DNA of 52,640 bases, from positions 1 through 52,640 of the IMG/VR virus record IMGVR_UViG_3300048026_001019. The stretch is one strand, 5' to 3'. The position numbers were made by a program, and so were the translations under genes. Source of the DNA: a virus. Lineage: Duplodnaviria; Caudoviricetes. The notes under the pieces were generated by a model. It worked only from the letters and a program-made list of their open reading frames with translations, ran no database searches and was not told where the DNA came from. How positions within the stretch are numbered: the stretch's first letter is position 1; each line of letters begins with the position of its first letter. This document shows, one piece after another, positions 28,099-37,678 of this stretch.

Positions 28099-28563
28099 TT
28101 AGCCTCTTGCAAAGTCTTTTGCGTCGCGATCAATTTCGTCATCACTTGGTGCTTTATCTTCTGGTTCGTCATCTGGCTCATCTTGTGGCTCAGGGTCTTT
28201 AACACCAACATCAGTTTTCATACTAGCATTTTCTTCTGCTTTTTTAAGCAGTTTCATAATAGTTGGCTTGTCACAACCACAAGCAGATTCTAAATCTTTA
28301 AAAAATTTAGCAAGCTTTTGCTTTGGATCGCCGCTGCCTTCTGATGGATCTTTGATTCCAAAGGTGTTACCAACAGTAGTTAGTGCTGACCCAAGTGATC
28401 CCATTTTATTCATCATGCCTAGTTCTTCGTCTGACATTTTAGCTAGGCTTCCCGGCTCTCCTGTGCCTTGTCCTAGTTGTTGAAGTGTACGACCAAACCT
28501 TGCCATCTTTTGGGCAAAAGGTGATGCATCGTAGTAACCTTCTGTAATTTCATGTACTTTCAT
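28099..28563 (-). CDS. Hypothetical protein (MKVHEITE leader)
   Basis: AAGGAG RBS before ATG 28563. Confidence 0.65.
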   Translation of the reverse strand: MKVHEITEGYYDASPFAQKMARFGRTLQQLGQGTGEPGSLAKMSDEELGMMNKMGSLGSALTTVGNTFGIKDPSEGSGDPKQKLAKFFKDLESACGCDKPTIMKLLKKAEENASMKTDVGVKDPEPQDEPDDEPEDKAPSDDEIDRDAKDFARG

Positions 28564-28573
28564 TTCTAACTCC

Positions 28574-29659
28574 TTAGTTTGGTTGCCATCTTGTACGAGG
28601 TACAAGTTTTACTTTTGATTTTTGTGCGACATAACCTTCGCCGCCTTTTTCGCCTGCTGTAGTTGCCTTAACGTCTGCATCTGCGGAATCTAATTGATCT
28701 ATGATATTGTCCTTTACAGTCATTATTGTTTTGATAAGTCCAAATATACTTGCTAATGCTTTTGGTGAAGCATCATGCATACCTTTAATTTTTGCTTGCT
28801 TGTTTGCACTTACCTTACTAGTACTTAGCCATTCAAAGAATCCTGATTCTATATTTTTTAGCTGTTGTGTACGTGTCATATGATTGACATATGTATAAAT
28901 GATATTCTTCATATCACTTAGACCTTTTTGTGGTGCAAGAAACTGATCAATTACTTTTGCACTTGCATTTGCTTTTTTACGTATAGCATCTGTTTGTTTT
29001 GTATCAACCTTGGGTTGATGTGTTACATATGTTTGTCCTAGCACAACAACATCTCTATTATTAAAAATACTTACATCTTTAATAGGTGTGCTATCTTTAC
29101 TCCCAAAAGTTTCATATGTAGTATGTGCTACGACACCAACTTGTGAGGCCGCTATGCGTTGCCCAAGCTCGCTTTTCTTAGTCACGGTGTATGTAACTTT
29201 GTTAGGAGTAAAGACAACTGAGTCGTTGTCACTAGTAAATGGTTTGCGTGGTGTATAAAGTAAGTCTCCGTATGCATAGCCTCTAAAATTCGGAGGTGTT
29301 GCAGATTTCATCAAGTCAAACACACTAGCCATATCTCCAGCAAAGTCTTTACGCCAGTCTTCGCCTTTACCTGTGTTTAAAATAAACTTAGACAAGTCAG
29401 CTGATGTTGTTGACTTTTGTCTCCCCCAGCCATTTTTACCTACACATACAAATGTGCCGTCTGGTTCACGTCCCCAATAAAATGTAGGGTTGCCGTCCCA
29501 TTTAATAGCTACATCACCTGAGTCACTGCCCATGCCGTCTAGTATATCTGCTGCTTTCATTGCGCCAGCTGATCCGTTAACAGTCACAAGATCTTCTACG
29601 TGATTATATTCGCGACCCTTAAATTCTTCGGTCAGTATTTTAAACTCTTGATATCTCAT
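28574..29659 (-). CDS. Nucleic-acid ligase-like protein (covalent nucleotidyltransferase motifs; DUF6267-like)
   Basis: AIKWDG (motif I), YGDLLY (III), GEGYV (IV), VKLV.R (V). Confidence 0.6.
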   Translation of the reverse strand: MRYQEFKILTEEFKGREYNHVEDLVTVNGSAGAMKAADILDGMGSDSGDVAIKWDGNPTFYWGREPDGTFVCVGKNGWGRQKSTTSADLSKFILNTGKGEDWRKDFAGDMASVFDLMKSATPPNFRGYAYGDLLYTPRKPFTSDNDSVVFTPNKVTYTVTKKSELGQRIAASQVGVVAHTTYETFGSKDSTPIKDVSIFNNRDVVVLGQTYVTHQPKVDTKQTDAIRKKANASAKVIDQFLAPQKGLSDMKNIIYTYVNHMTRTQQLKNIESGFFEWLSTSKVSANKQAKIKGMHDASPKALASIFGLIKTIMTVKDNIIDQLDSADADVKATTAGEKGGEGYVAQKSKVKLVPRTRWQPN

Positions 29660-30426
29660 TTTGGTAGCAGTTCTTTGATCCGTCTAAGCTGTTTGTCTTC
29701 TAATGTTTCAGTTGGTGCAGGTATCTTCTTTTTCATCCAAGCACTTTCTGGATCAGCTTCGTACTTGTCTACAATTGCTTGTGCTTCTGGATTTGCTTTT
29801 ACAATACTTTCAACACTTCCTAAGTCCGCAGCTTTTGCTTTTGGATTTAAAAGAATCTTAGCTACTTGATTAAGATCGCTTGATATAAGTTCGTTAGTTT
29901 CCCTGTCAACTAGTCCTTTATACGCACTCCATTTCATGCCATTAGGATGATCGTCTGTTGTTTTTACTTTAGCAAGGTCAGCTATCATAATTTGCTTGTG
30001 TACACCTTTGTACAACGATCCTTTAGGTAAGTCGTGTACGTGAAACTTTTGGGCTGTAGCACCGTTGTCTACTACCATAATATCAACTTGTTGAGGTGTG
30101 TCACCTATTGTGGTTTTAACATGTACAATTTGTCCTGACTTGCGTGTTTCAAAGCCAGCTTGCTGAAATAACTTTTCTAATTCTATTTTTGCATTTTTTG
30201 TATCTGCAACTTTGAAGTGCTTTATTATAGTACCAGCATCAACAATCATATCTAAATCGCCACTTAGTTTACCTGGTGTTGGTGTTGCACCAGAACCAAT
30301 TGGTAGTGCTTTGGCACCTGTAACTTTCATGACTTTATTAATTTGTTTCATCATGTCCGGTATCAGCTTTTGATCGAACTCAGCTGTACCTTGGAAGATG
30401 TTGCCACCTTCGTTAAGAATTGTCAT
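29656..30426 (-). CDS. Pol-beta superfamily nucleotidyltransferase-like protein
   Basis: PIGSG-x8-SGDLDMIVD...QVDIM. Confidence 0.65.
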   Translation of the reverse strand: MTILNEGGNIFQGTAEFDQKLIPDMMKQINKVMKVTGAKALPIGSGATPTPGKLSGDLDMIVDAGTIIKHFKVADTKNAKIELEKLFQQAGFETRKSGQIVHVKTTIGDTPQQVDIMVVDNGATAQKFHVHDLPKGSLYKGVHKQIMIADLAKVKTTDDHPNGMKWSAYKGLVDRETNELISSDLNQVAKILLNPKAKAADLGSVESIVKANPEAQAIVDKYEADPESAWMKKKIPAPTETLEDKQLRRIKELLPK

Positions 30427-30688
30427 TCTGCTTTCCTTCTCGTATTCTATGGATTGCCCTACGAAACTTACGAGGATCGCCTGATTTAATACTATTAATA
30501 AAACGGCGCTCTAGTTCAGAAGCTGTGTCTATATCATAATGACTATGTACCCGACTGAGCAGATTAATAGCACTCTCAATGATATTATTCGCAGTGGTAT
30601 CAATAAACAAATCATTATCACGATTGCCATGTACCTGGTTTAATTCGTCTAAAATTGATCTGGTACGTTTCTTCATAGTTTCTCTCAC
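30413..30688 (-). CDS. Hypothetical phage protein
   Basis: First gene behind a TATAAATA promoter. Confidence 0.65.
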   Translation of the reverse strand: MRETMKKRTRSILDELNQVHGNRDNDLFIDTTANNIIESAINLLSRVHSHYDIDTASELERRFINSIKSGDPRKFRRAIHRIREGKQNDNS

Positions 30689-30701
30689 ACTTCCTTATGT
30701 G

Positions 30702-30727
30702 TATTTATAAGGTTTGGAGTATAAATA
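30702..30727. promoter_or_regulatory. Divergent pair of T4-like late promoters
   Basis: TATTTATA (minus-strand TATAAATA) and TATAAATA between divergent genes. Confidence 0.6.
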
Positions 30728-30776
30728 TTGCTGTAACGACTACTTCTAGTCGCTACTATAGCAATAAGGAGGAAAG

Positions 30777-31562
30777 ATGCCGGGTATTTTAGATCTCGAT
30801 ACATATAATCGATCATTACTTTTCGCGAAGTTATCAAAGTATGCTTATTATAACATCAATAGTGCAAAAAAGCAAGCGAAAAAATTAGGTTTTACAACAA
30901 CAGAATTTTATGACCGGGACGGTGCTCAAGCATATAGATTCCAAAATAAAACAGATATGGTTATAGCTTGTAGGGGAACACAGCCTACACAGTATAGTGA
31001 TATACAAGCAGACTTAAAGGCAATGCCTGTCGTTGCTGAAACTGTGTCCAGAGTGCATAGAGGTTTTAAGGACGAAGTAGACGACTTATGGCCTATGATA
31101 CTAGAAGATATACAACGTAAAGCAAATGCAAAGAAAACTGTTTGGTTCTGTGGACATTCGTTAGGTGCAGCTATGGCAACTATTATGGCTAGCAGATGTT
31201 ATCATCATGAAGGTATTCCAAATCCGTATGAGCTTTACACTTACGGTAGTCCAAGAGTAGGATGGACCAAGTATTGTACATCTTTAGGCGTCAGACATAT
31301 TAGATGGGTAAACAATAACGATATAGTCACAAGAGTTCCATTAAACATAATGGGATATAGACACCATGGCATGGAACACTATCTAAACACTTGGGGCAAT
31401 GTTCGTACACTCACAGGATGGCAAAGAACTAAAGACAGGTTTAGAGGTATTTGGAGAGGTATCAAAGTAATGAAAGTTGATAGTTTCTCAGATCACTCTA
31501 TTGATGCTTATGTAATGCACATTAAAAAAGCCGCTGAAGGTATGGAAACACCGCAAGTTTAG
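30777..31562 (+). CDS. Class 3 lipase
   Basis: [38 protein letters not shown]. Confidence 0.9.
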   Translation: MPGILDLDTYNRSLLFAKLSKYAYYNINSAKKQAKKLGFTTTEFYDRDGAQAYRFQNKTDMVIACRGTQPTQYSDIQADLKAMPVVAETVSRVHRGFKDEVDDLWPMILEDIQRKANAKKTVWFCGHSLGAAMATIMASRCYHHEGIPNPYELYTYGSPRVGWTKYCTSLGVRHIRWVNNNDIVTRVPLNIMGYRHHGMEHYLNTWGNVRTLTGWQRTKDRFRGIWRGIKVMKVDSFSDHSIDAYVMHIKKAAEGMETPQV

Positions 31563-32497
31563 TCAAACAGTGAACTTACGCTTTCTTCGTTAGTAACTCT
31601 ACGAATAGCTTCACCGAATAGTGTTCCAACACTTACTTCACGCAATTTCTTAAGTTTACTAAAGTCCCTAGTGTTGATACTGTCAGTAACTACTAGTTCA
31701 TCAAGTACACTCTTTTCTACACGTTTAACTGCTTCTCCACTTAGCACTCCGTGTGTAATATAAGCTCTAACACTTAATGCTCCTGCATCCATAATAGCTT
31801 GTGCCGCACCACATAGTGTTCCTCCGCTGTCTACAATGTCATCTACTAGAATAGCATGCTTGTCTTTCACATCACCAATTAGTGCCATTACTTCACTAAC
31901 ACCTGCTTGTGGTCTACGCTTATCAACGACAGCAATATCTCCATGAAACATATCAGCAAACTTTCTAGCACGAACTGCACCGCCTGCATCAGGCGAAACA
32001 AAGACAGTGCCTTGATTAACATTAACATGTGATCTAATATCATCTGCAAATACGATACGGCTTGTTAAATCGTCCACTGGAATATCAAAGAACCCCTGTA
32101 TTTGTCCTGCATGTAAATCCATTGTAAGTATTCTATCTGCGCCAGCTGTTGTAATTAAATTAGCAACCAACTTAGCAGTAATAGGTGTACGACTTGCACT
32201 CTTACGATCTTGACGAGCATAACCAAAGTAAGGAATAACTGCTGTAATACGACTAGCACTACTACGCTTGGCAGCATCAATCATTATAAGCAATTCCATT
32301 AAACTATCGTTTACAGGAGTTGATGTTGAGTTACAAATAAAAACATCTTCTCCCCTTATATTTTCTAAAAACTCTACACTGGTTTCTCCGTCCGCAAAGT
32401 TACTTACTTTAGCAGGAACTAATGTGGCAAAACAGTGTTGTGCGATTCTATCAGCTAACTCCGGATTCGCATTGCCAGTTATTATCTTCATCTTCAA
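31559..32497 (-). CDS. prs: Ribose-phosphate pyrophosphokinase
   Basis: [44 protein letters not shown]. Confidence 0.96.
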   Translation of the reverse strand: MKMKIITGNANPELADRIAQHCFATLVPAKVSNFADGETSVEFLENIRGEDVFICNSTSTPVNDSLMELLIMIDAAKRSSASRITAVIPYFGYARQDRKSASRTPITAKLVANLITTAGADRILTMDLHAGQIQGFFDIPVDDLTSRIVFADDIRSHVNVNQGTVFVSPDAGGAVRARKFADMFHGDIAVVDKRRPQAGVSEVMALIGDVKDKHAILVDDIVDSGGTLCGAAQAIMDAGALSVRAYITHGVLSGEAVKRVEKSVLDELVVTDSINTRDFSKLKKLREVSVGTLFGEAIRRVTNEESVSSLFD

Positions 32498-33294
32498 GTG
32501 TCACCCTTCCTTACGTTATTATTATATTGAATAGCTTCTCGTATCAACGACAAGTCTATATCAAAGTCCTGTGCTGTTTTTAGAATTGCTTGGGTGTCTT
32601 TGGGAAAACAGTGACCTCCGAAACCCCGTTCTGATGTTACTCTGCTGTGGCTATCTCCTATTCGGTTGTCGTCTGTTATTAAGGGTATGACTGCTTCGTG
32701 ATCAACTTCAGCGGCTTTGCATAAATCATAAACTTGATTAAAGAAAGCAACTTTTGTAGCTAAAAAGCTGTTACGAAAATATTTAGCTAATATCAAATCT
32801 CTTGGATGTGCGTGTTTAATCTTTACTACTTTGTTGGGTCTGATCATTACTCTTTCTAATATTCTTTCCCAAAAGTAATAGTGTCCACCTCCCATATAAA
32901 AAGTTTCAGTAGCAAGCATATCTTCTACTGCATGTTCTGCTCTTATAAACTCAGGGGAGAATGTAATTGTATGTGTTGGGAACAAACTTTCTATTTGTTC
33001 CCAACCTTCAAGACTGATTGTGCTTTTGATTAGTACCGGAGTTTTTGGATCTGTATCTGTGAGTACATCAAAGACATTTGACATATCACATTCACCAGTT
33101 TCTGCTTGCGGAGTACTTACGCAGATTATTACTCCTTCAGCGTTTGTGTCACTGATTTTTAATCCGCATGTAAGATCTTTTCCTAGTATTCTATAATACT
33201 CAGGATCAACTATTTTGGTAGTTACACCACACTCTTTTAGATAGGCTTCGACAGCTCTACCAACATGGCCATACCCTGCAATAGTTATTCTCAT
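32494..33294 (-). CDS. Short UDP-glucose/GDP-mannose dehydrogenase family protein
   Basis: [29 protein letters not shown]; lacks the C-terminal domain. Confidence 0.85.
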   Translation of the reverse strand: MRITIAGYGHVGRAVEAYLKECGVTTKIVDPEYYRILGKDLTCGLKISDTNAEGVIICVSTPQAETGECDMSNVFDVLTDTDPKTPVLIKSTISLEGWEQIESLFPTHTITFSPEFIRAEHAVEDMLATETFYMGGGHYYFWERILERVMIRPNKVVKIKHAHPRDLILAKYFRNSFLATKVAFFNQVYDLCKAAEVDHEAVIPLITDDNRIGDSHSRVTSERGFGGHCFPKDTQAILKTAQDFDIDLSLIREAIQYNNNVRKGDT

Positions 33295-33319
33295 TGATAC
33301 TTCCGCAAATGTTTCTTAT

Positions 33320-33348
33320 AGTATACTATCTAATACTAACATTGTCAA
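33320..33348 (-). promoter_or_regulatory. Sigma70-type promoter
   Basis: TTGACA-17 nt-TATACT. Confidence 0.7.
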
Positions 33349-33355
33349 GTTAAAT

Positions 33356-34315
33356 TTAAAATCCATTTGGTATTAATATATAATGGATTGTTAATACAAT
33401 AGCAACCGATGCTCCTAGTCCAATCATCATCTTTTGGAAGTCTCTTGCCACCAAAGGAAATACACTTTTGAACTTTGTCTTGCCAGTGAATTGTGCAATA
33501 GCAAGTTCTCTACCTGCAAGCATACCAACGAATACCCAAGTAGTTGACATAGGTATATCATTTAGCTCTTTGAAAAAGTACAAGCATAACCAATAGAACA
33601 AATCAATTAGTGTAGCACTTCGCACATATCTTGTGTTATGTTTTTCTAATACAATTGATTGTATCTTGCCGCCACGTTCTTTAAACATCCAGAATAAACC
33701 TGCAACAAATACAAAACTAACAAGCACCATTAAATCTACAGGAACTTGTCGTGGTAGAAATACTGCAATGTTAGCCATATCATGTGATAACCAAGTCCAC
33801 CATAGTCCGCCTGTTGCTACCCATTGTGCAACACGCCACCAAGACTTGTGTTCTTCTCTAACAGGAACTGTTTCATCAAGCTTCCTGCTTACTAGGTACC
33901 AAACACCGTATGCGAATAGTGCCGCAATACCATATCCCATTATACTTTTCATAAGCATTTTCTCTAGTACAAATGTACTTGCGAATGCACTTAGTACTAA
34001 GAAGCTAGTTGATACAGGTACACCAAGTCTAGTAAGTAATACAAGTATACCTGGTGCCGCTGCATGATACCATTGTATTTCTTGCCACGGTATTTTATTA
34101 AGACGGCCATAACTTATATCGCCGCCATTAGTTGCCCAACCATACCAAAGCGTGGCAAGTAATACTGTACTTGCTGATGCCCATAATATTTTGTAGTTGA
34201 ATCTCTCATTGTTTGATGCCATCCATGTACCGAGAGTCTGTACTGAATCGTTTGCAATAACTGCATAAGCAGCAAATAGGAACCCGACCAGGCTCCATAA
34301 GGTGAGTGCGTCCAT
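33356..34315 (-). CDS. Multi-pass membrane transporter, distantly PiT/PHO4-like
   Basis: Many TM helices; ANDSVQT and HDMAN signatures with PVSTS and PMSTT repeats as in the PiT duplicated fold. Confidence 0.65.
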   Translation of the reverse strand: MDALTLWSLVGFLFAAYAVIANDSVQTLGTWMASNNERFNYKILWASASTVLLATLWYGWATNGGDISYGRLNKIPWQEIQWYHAAAPGILVLLTRLGVPVSTSFLVLSAFASTFVLEKMLMKSIMGYGIAALFAYGVWYLVSRKLDETVPVREEHKSWWRVAQWVATGGLWWTWLSHDMANIAVFLPRQVPVDLMVLVSFVFVAGLFWMFKERGGKIQSIVLEKHNTRYVRSATLIDLFYWLCLYFFKELNDIPMSTTWVFVGMLAGRELAIAQFTGKTKFKSVFPLVARDFQKMMIGLGASVAIVLTIHYILIPNGF

Positions 34316-34585
34316 TTGTTATCTCCTCTGCTTGATGGCTTTACCCCATCGCTCACATATTAAGACCAGGCTCGACGTTGCCCGACTGATTATTTATAAT
34401 AACTCCTATTATTAACAATATCAATAGAGTATTGACACGGTATGCATATCGTGCATAGTAGGTATTTGCAAAAAAAATGGTAAAATCGTGGTTTATCCGC
34501 TCTAAACTGTACGTTTTATAGCTTCTCGATGATAAATAAAAGCGTTACAGTAAATGTAACCACACACAGACACATAGGATAGACT

Positions 34586-34693
34586 ATGGGAGTTGAAAGC
34601 ACTCCTAAAACAGCAATTGACGATGTCCAAAGCGACATTGACGCCGAGAAAAGACTCGGGGTATTGCTTTCCTTAAGCATCCAACATTTTTAA
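34586..34693 (+). CDS. Possible 35-aa leader ORF overlapping a structured RNA
   Basis: AGGA then MGVESTPKTAIDDVQSDIDAEKRLGVLLSLSIQHF*. Confidence 0.3.
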   Translation: MGVESTPKTAIDDVQSDIDAEKRLGVLLSLSIQHF

Positions 34694-34708
34694 ACTAGGA
34701 GATTCACA

Positions 34709-34894
34709 ATGAGAAATGTGACTAAAGTCCTACGGCAACTGTTTGGATCTAAGACATCCAGTGACCACAACAGTTACCTAACATGGGCAAAAACAGAGTA
34801 CGGAAGCGATTGGCGTTTCGCGTATGATCATATGGTCAGGACTAGTGGTGAAAGACCACCACAATCAAATAATAATTTGAGAGGATGGGTATAA
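34709..34894 (+). CDS. Small hypothetical protein
   Basis: AGGAG RBS; YLTWAKTEY. Confidence 0.7.
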   Translation: MRNVTKVLRQLFGSKTSSDHNSYLTWAKTEYGSDWRFAYDHMVRTSGERPPQSNNNLRGWV

Positions 34895-35058
34895 TGGTAT
34901 TATTAACTCCATTCAAAGCTATGGGTAATGCGTTGATGAGAGCAGCAGAAAGTGCTAGCTATGCTAGAGCGGCAGCTGAACTTGCTCGTCAAGGACAATA
35001 CCAAGCAGCTAAAAGGTTGTACGAAGAACAAGCTAGAATAATTTCGGAGCGTTCTTAG
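34894..35058 (+). CDS. 54-aa Ala-rich protein
   Basis: TAATG coupling; MVLLTPFKAMG...ARAAAELARQGQYQAAKRL. Confidence 0.65.
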   Translation: MVLLTPFKAMGNALMRAAESASYARAAAELARQGQYQAAKRLYEEQARIISERS

Positions 35059-35094
35059 GACAACTATAACTTTTATCGAGCAGGGGTCTGCTTG

Positions 35095-35190
35095 ATGTTA
35101 TTAACAACATTAATGATTACTGATTCATACGGAAGGGGTATGCTTTTTACTATGAGAGGTAATCAACACACACAGGAACGAAGACTATGA
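35095..35190 (+). CDS. Possible 31-aa peptide
   Basis: ATGA overlap with the next ORF; weak RBS. Confidence 0.35.
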   Translation: MLLTTLMITDSYGRGMLFTMRGNQHTQERRL

Positions 35191-35315
35191 TTAATAAAAT
35201 TAAAGATCTACACAGCAGATGCACTGGAGAATTTTGTGAAGCAGTCCTAATGGGCGGACTTGGCATTATTATTTTTAGTTGCATGTGGTTGTCTCTAGCA
35301 CAACTTACAACTTAG
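35187..35315 (+). CDS. 42-aa single-TM peptide
   Basis: AGGA RBS; MINKIKDLHSRCTGEFCEAVLMGGLGIIIFSCMWLSLAQLTT*. Confidence 0.6.
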   Translation: MINKIKDLHSRCTGEFCEAVLMGGLGIIIFSCMWLSLAQLTT

Positions 35316-35317
35316 CC

Positions 35318-35404
35318 ATGTGGAAAGTATTAAAAAGCTTTTGGAAGGAGCTAACGAATCCTTACGAACCATCTAAGCATTATTTCAAAGGAAGGAAAGA
35401 CTAA
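35318..35404 (+). CDS. 28-aa peptide with PYxPxxHY motif
   Basis: MWKVLKSFWKELTNPYEPSKHYFKGRKD*; TAATG coupling to the next ORF. Confidence 0.55.
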   Translation: MWKVLKSFWKELTNPYEPSKHYFKGRKD

Positions 35405-35574
35405 TGTTTGCTATTTTAAATAACTTTGTATCAAAGTTTAAACCAAAGTTTGATCGTAAAGTTTACAATGAACTTATTAAATTAAGTGATTATGAACTTA
35501 ACGACATGGGCATCAGCCGTTGCGATATTAAACACATTGCATCAGGTGGCCAAATTTATAGAGGCACACACTAA
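35404..35574 (+). CDS. DUF1127 (YjiS-like) small protein, 56 aa
   Basis: RKVYNELIKLSDYELNDMGISRCDI matches ELxxLSDxxLxDIGxxRxDI. Confidence 0.85.
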   Translation: MFAILNNFVSKFKPKFDRKVYNELIKLSDYELNDMGISRCDIKHIASGGQIYRGTH

Positions 35575-35627
35575 TGTGGCCGTACACTGACGAAGAATCA
35601 GATTGGCTAGATGATAAAAAGAGTTGA
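35574..35627 (+). CDS. 17-aa peptide overlapping the AOX start
   Basis: GAGG RBS, TAATG coupling; MWPYTDEESDWLDDKKS*. Confidence 0.4.
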   Translation: MWPYTDEESDWLDDKKS

Positions 35628-36204
35628 CATCGCCGATAGTATAGCGTTTAGGCTTACAATGATGTTTAGATGGTTTGCAGATACTTTTTTTGCAAAGCGT
35701 TATGGACACAGAGCAGTAGTACTTGAAACTGTTGCCGGAGTACCAGGTATGGTAGCAGGCATGTGGAATCACTTACGTAGCCTAAGAAAGATGCAACCTG
35801 ATGAGCGAGGCTGGATTAAGACTTTACTAGACGAAGCTGAAAACGAACGAATGCATTTAATGATCTTCATTGAAATTGCAAAACCAAATATCTTTGAAAG
35901 ATTATTAATTGCATTTGCTCAGCTTGTTTTTTGGCACTTCTATCTAGTTTTATACATTTTCTTTCCAGGCACTGCACACAGGATGATAGGATACTTTGAA
36001 GATCAAGCTGTTATTTCATACACACAATATCTAGATGAAATAAAAAGTAGCAAGGTTGAAAATATTCCTGCTCCGCAAATTGCAATAGATTATTACGGAT
36101 TGAAAAAAACTGCAAAGTTAAGTGATGTAATTAAAAAAGTAAGAGCTGACGAGCAAGGGCATGCAGATGTTAATCACGGAATGGCTGACCAAATAAACAA
36201 ATAA
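35611..36204 (+). CDS. aox: Alternative oxidase (ubiquinol oxidase)
   Basis: LETVAGVPGMV, EAENERMHL, FEDQA..SY, RADEQGH di-iron motifs. Confidence 0.95.
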   Translation: MIKRVDIADSIAFRLTMMFRWFADTFFAKRYGHRAVVLETVAGVPGMVAGMWNHLRSLRKMQPDERGWIKTLLDEAENERMHLMIFIEIAKPNIFERLLIAFAQLVFWHFYLVLYIFFPGTAHRMIGYFEDQAVISYTQYLDEIKSSKVENIPAPQIAIDYYGLKKTAKLSDVIKKVRADEQGHADVNHGMADQINK

Positions 36205-36250
36205 AAAAGAGTGACAGAACTCTCCGCCAAGAAGGCTCTGCCACTCAAAA
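36203..36250 (-). terminator. Terminator hairpin between convergent genes
   Basis: A run, GAGTGACAGA...TCTGCCACTC. Confidence 0.55.
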
Positions 36251-36264
36251 AGTGTTATAAAATT

Positions 36265-36501
36265 TTACGCTTTGCGATTGTAGATATGATATAACACCCA
36301 GACAGCAACTAAGCCAACAAGACCTTGTGCAGACAATCCTGAGATCATTGCAGTGATATTGCTAACAACGTTGATGTTTGGCCAGAACGGAATGTTTTGG
36401 CCGTTGAAGAGAACTTCCAGTACAACTGCTAAAGAAATAAGTGAAATACCTACTTCTGTGATAGCACCTGCCCATCCTCTTATTTTATTTAAGATTTCCA
36501 T
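36265..36501 (-). CDS. Small membrane protein
   Basis: AGGAGG RBS; two hydrophobic helices. Confidence 0.7.
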   Translation of the reverse strand: MEILNKIRGWAGAITEVGISLISLAVVLEVLFNGQNIPFWPNINVVSNITAMISGLSAQGLVGLVAVWVLYHIYNRKA

Positions 36502-36641
36502 AATGGATACCTCCTTTGTTAACTGACATAAGCTTTCGTCAGTAGTGTATTTAATCTGGTTGATTATCATCATTCAGTACTACTTTAATGTTACACACCT
36601 AGACTTAAATACCCAGTCGACAATATATAGAAAGGAATTTC

Positions 36642-37259
36642 ATGTTTAGTAATATATTCAAAGACGTTAATATGACGTTGGTACGTAACCTAGTCATATT
36701 ACACACCGCGGTAATTGCACTCAGCAACTACCTTGTTACAATTAGATTTAATGTATTTCCAGGAGCAGACCTACCATTGTTTGGAGAGTTTCCGTTAGCA
36801 GCAGCGGCGTTTACTTTTCCTATTGTTGTAGTAGCTACTGACCTTACAGTTAGACTAGTTGGCAAAGAAGCAGGACGAGCTGTTGTTGCAATGGCAATTA
36901 TTCCTGCGATTGTTGCTTCTGTGCTTGTATTATTAGCACTAGGTGATGAACATGCATATCGTGTAGGTTTAGCTAGTGGTACTGCTTATGCAATTGGTAC
37001 TATGCTTGACGTATACGTATTCCAACACATTCGTGAAAGAATGTCAGCTTGGTGGATAGCCCCTGCAGTTTCGACTGTTGCCGCTAACATCATTGATACT
37101 TACGCATTCTTTTACACAGCGTTTTATCCTGCACCATGGGTTGCAGACGTAGCGTTTAATAATACACTAACAAAAATTGTAGTAGGATTAATTGTATTCC
37201 TACCTGCATATGGTTTATTACTTAATGCACTACAAAAACGAACAACTAAAGAAGAGTAG
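36642..37259 (+). CDS. VUT family (YhhQ-like) queuosine-precursor transporter
   Basis: SNYLV, FTFPIVVVATDLTVR, LDVYVF, ST..ANIIDT..F. Confidence 0.85.
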   Translation: MFSNIFKDVNMTLVRNLVILHTAVIALSNYLVTIRFNVFPGADLPLFGEFPLAAAAFTFPIVVVATDLTVRLVGKEAGRAVVAMAIIPAIVASVLVLLALGDEHAYRVGLASGTAYAIGTMLDVYVFQHIRERMSAWWIAPAVSTVAANIIDTYAFFYTAFYPAPWVADVAFNNTLTKIVVGLIVFLPAYGLLLNALQKRTTKEE

Positions 37260-37271
37260 CGTAAAACGATT

Positions 37272-37303
37272 AACCCCCGACATAGTTTCCTGTGCCGGGG
37301 GTT
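37272..37303. terminator. Hairpin between convergent genes
   Basis: AACCCCC...GGGGGTT stem. Confidence 0.55.
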
Positions 37304-37363
37304 GCTAACTATCTATATGTTGTAAGGACTATGTCCCTTTATATTATATTCTCTTTATATTAG

Positions 37364-37678
37364 TTACTTTTTATCGTTAACGAAATCATAGAACTTATTA
37401 GCAGTTTCTAAAATAGAGTCAACACCTGGAATAGGTGGCATCTCTACAGTTGTTACTATTTCGTTAGTCTCCGAATCTACGTGTGAAGTCTGTTGCCAGC
37501 CTGCAAACTTTGCATTATACTCAAAGTGTTCTTGATCTTTTGCAATTTGTAAGATCTTAGATCGGATTTCATATCCATTTTTGTTTGTGTTGATTTTTGG
37601 CATCATGTCTTTTACCATTTCTGCCATTGCTTGGGTCTGCTTTAAAATGTCAGCACCGTACTTAGTGTCTACAGTCAT
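37364..37678 (-). CDS. Hypothetical phage protein
   Basis: AGGAG RBS; NKNGYEIR..IL..AKD...A.KFYDFV. Confidence 0.7.
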   Translation of the reverse strand: MTVDTKYGADILKQTQAMAEMVKDMMPKINTNKNGYEIRSKILQIAKDQEHFEYNAKFAGWQQTSHVDSETNEIVTTVEMPPIPGVDSILETANKFYDFVNDKK

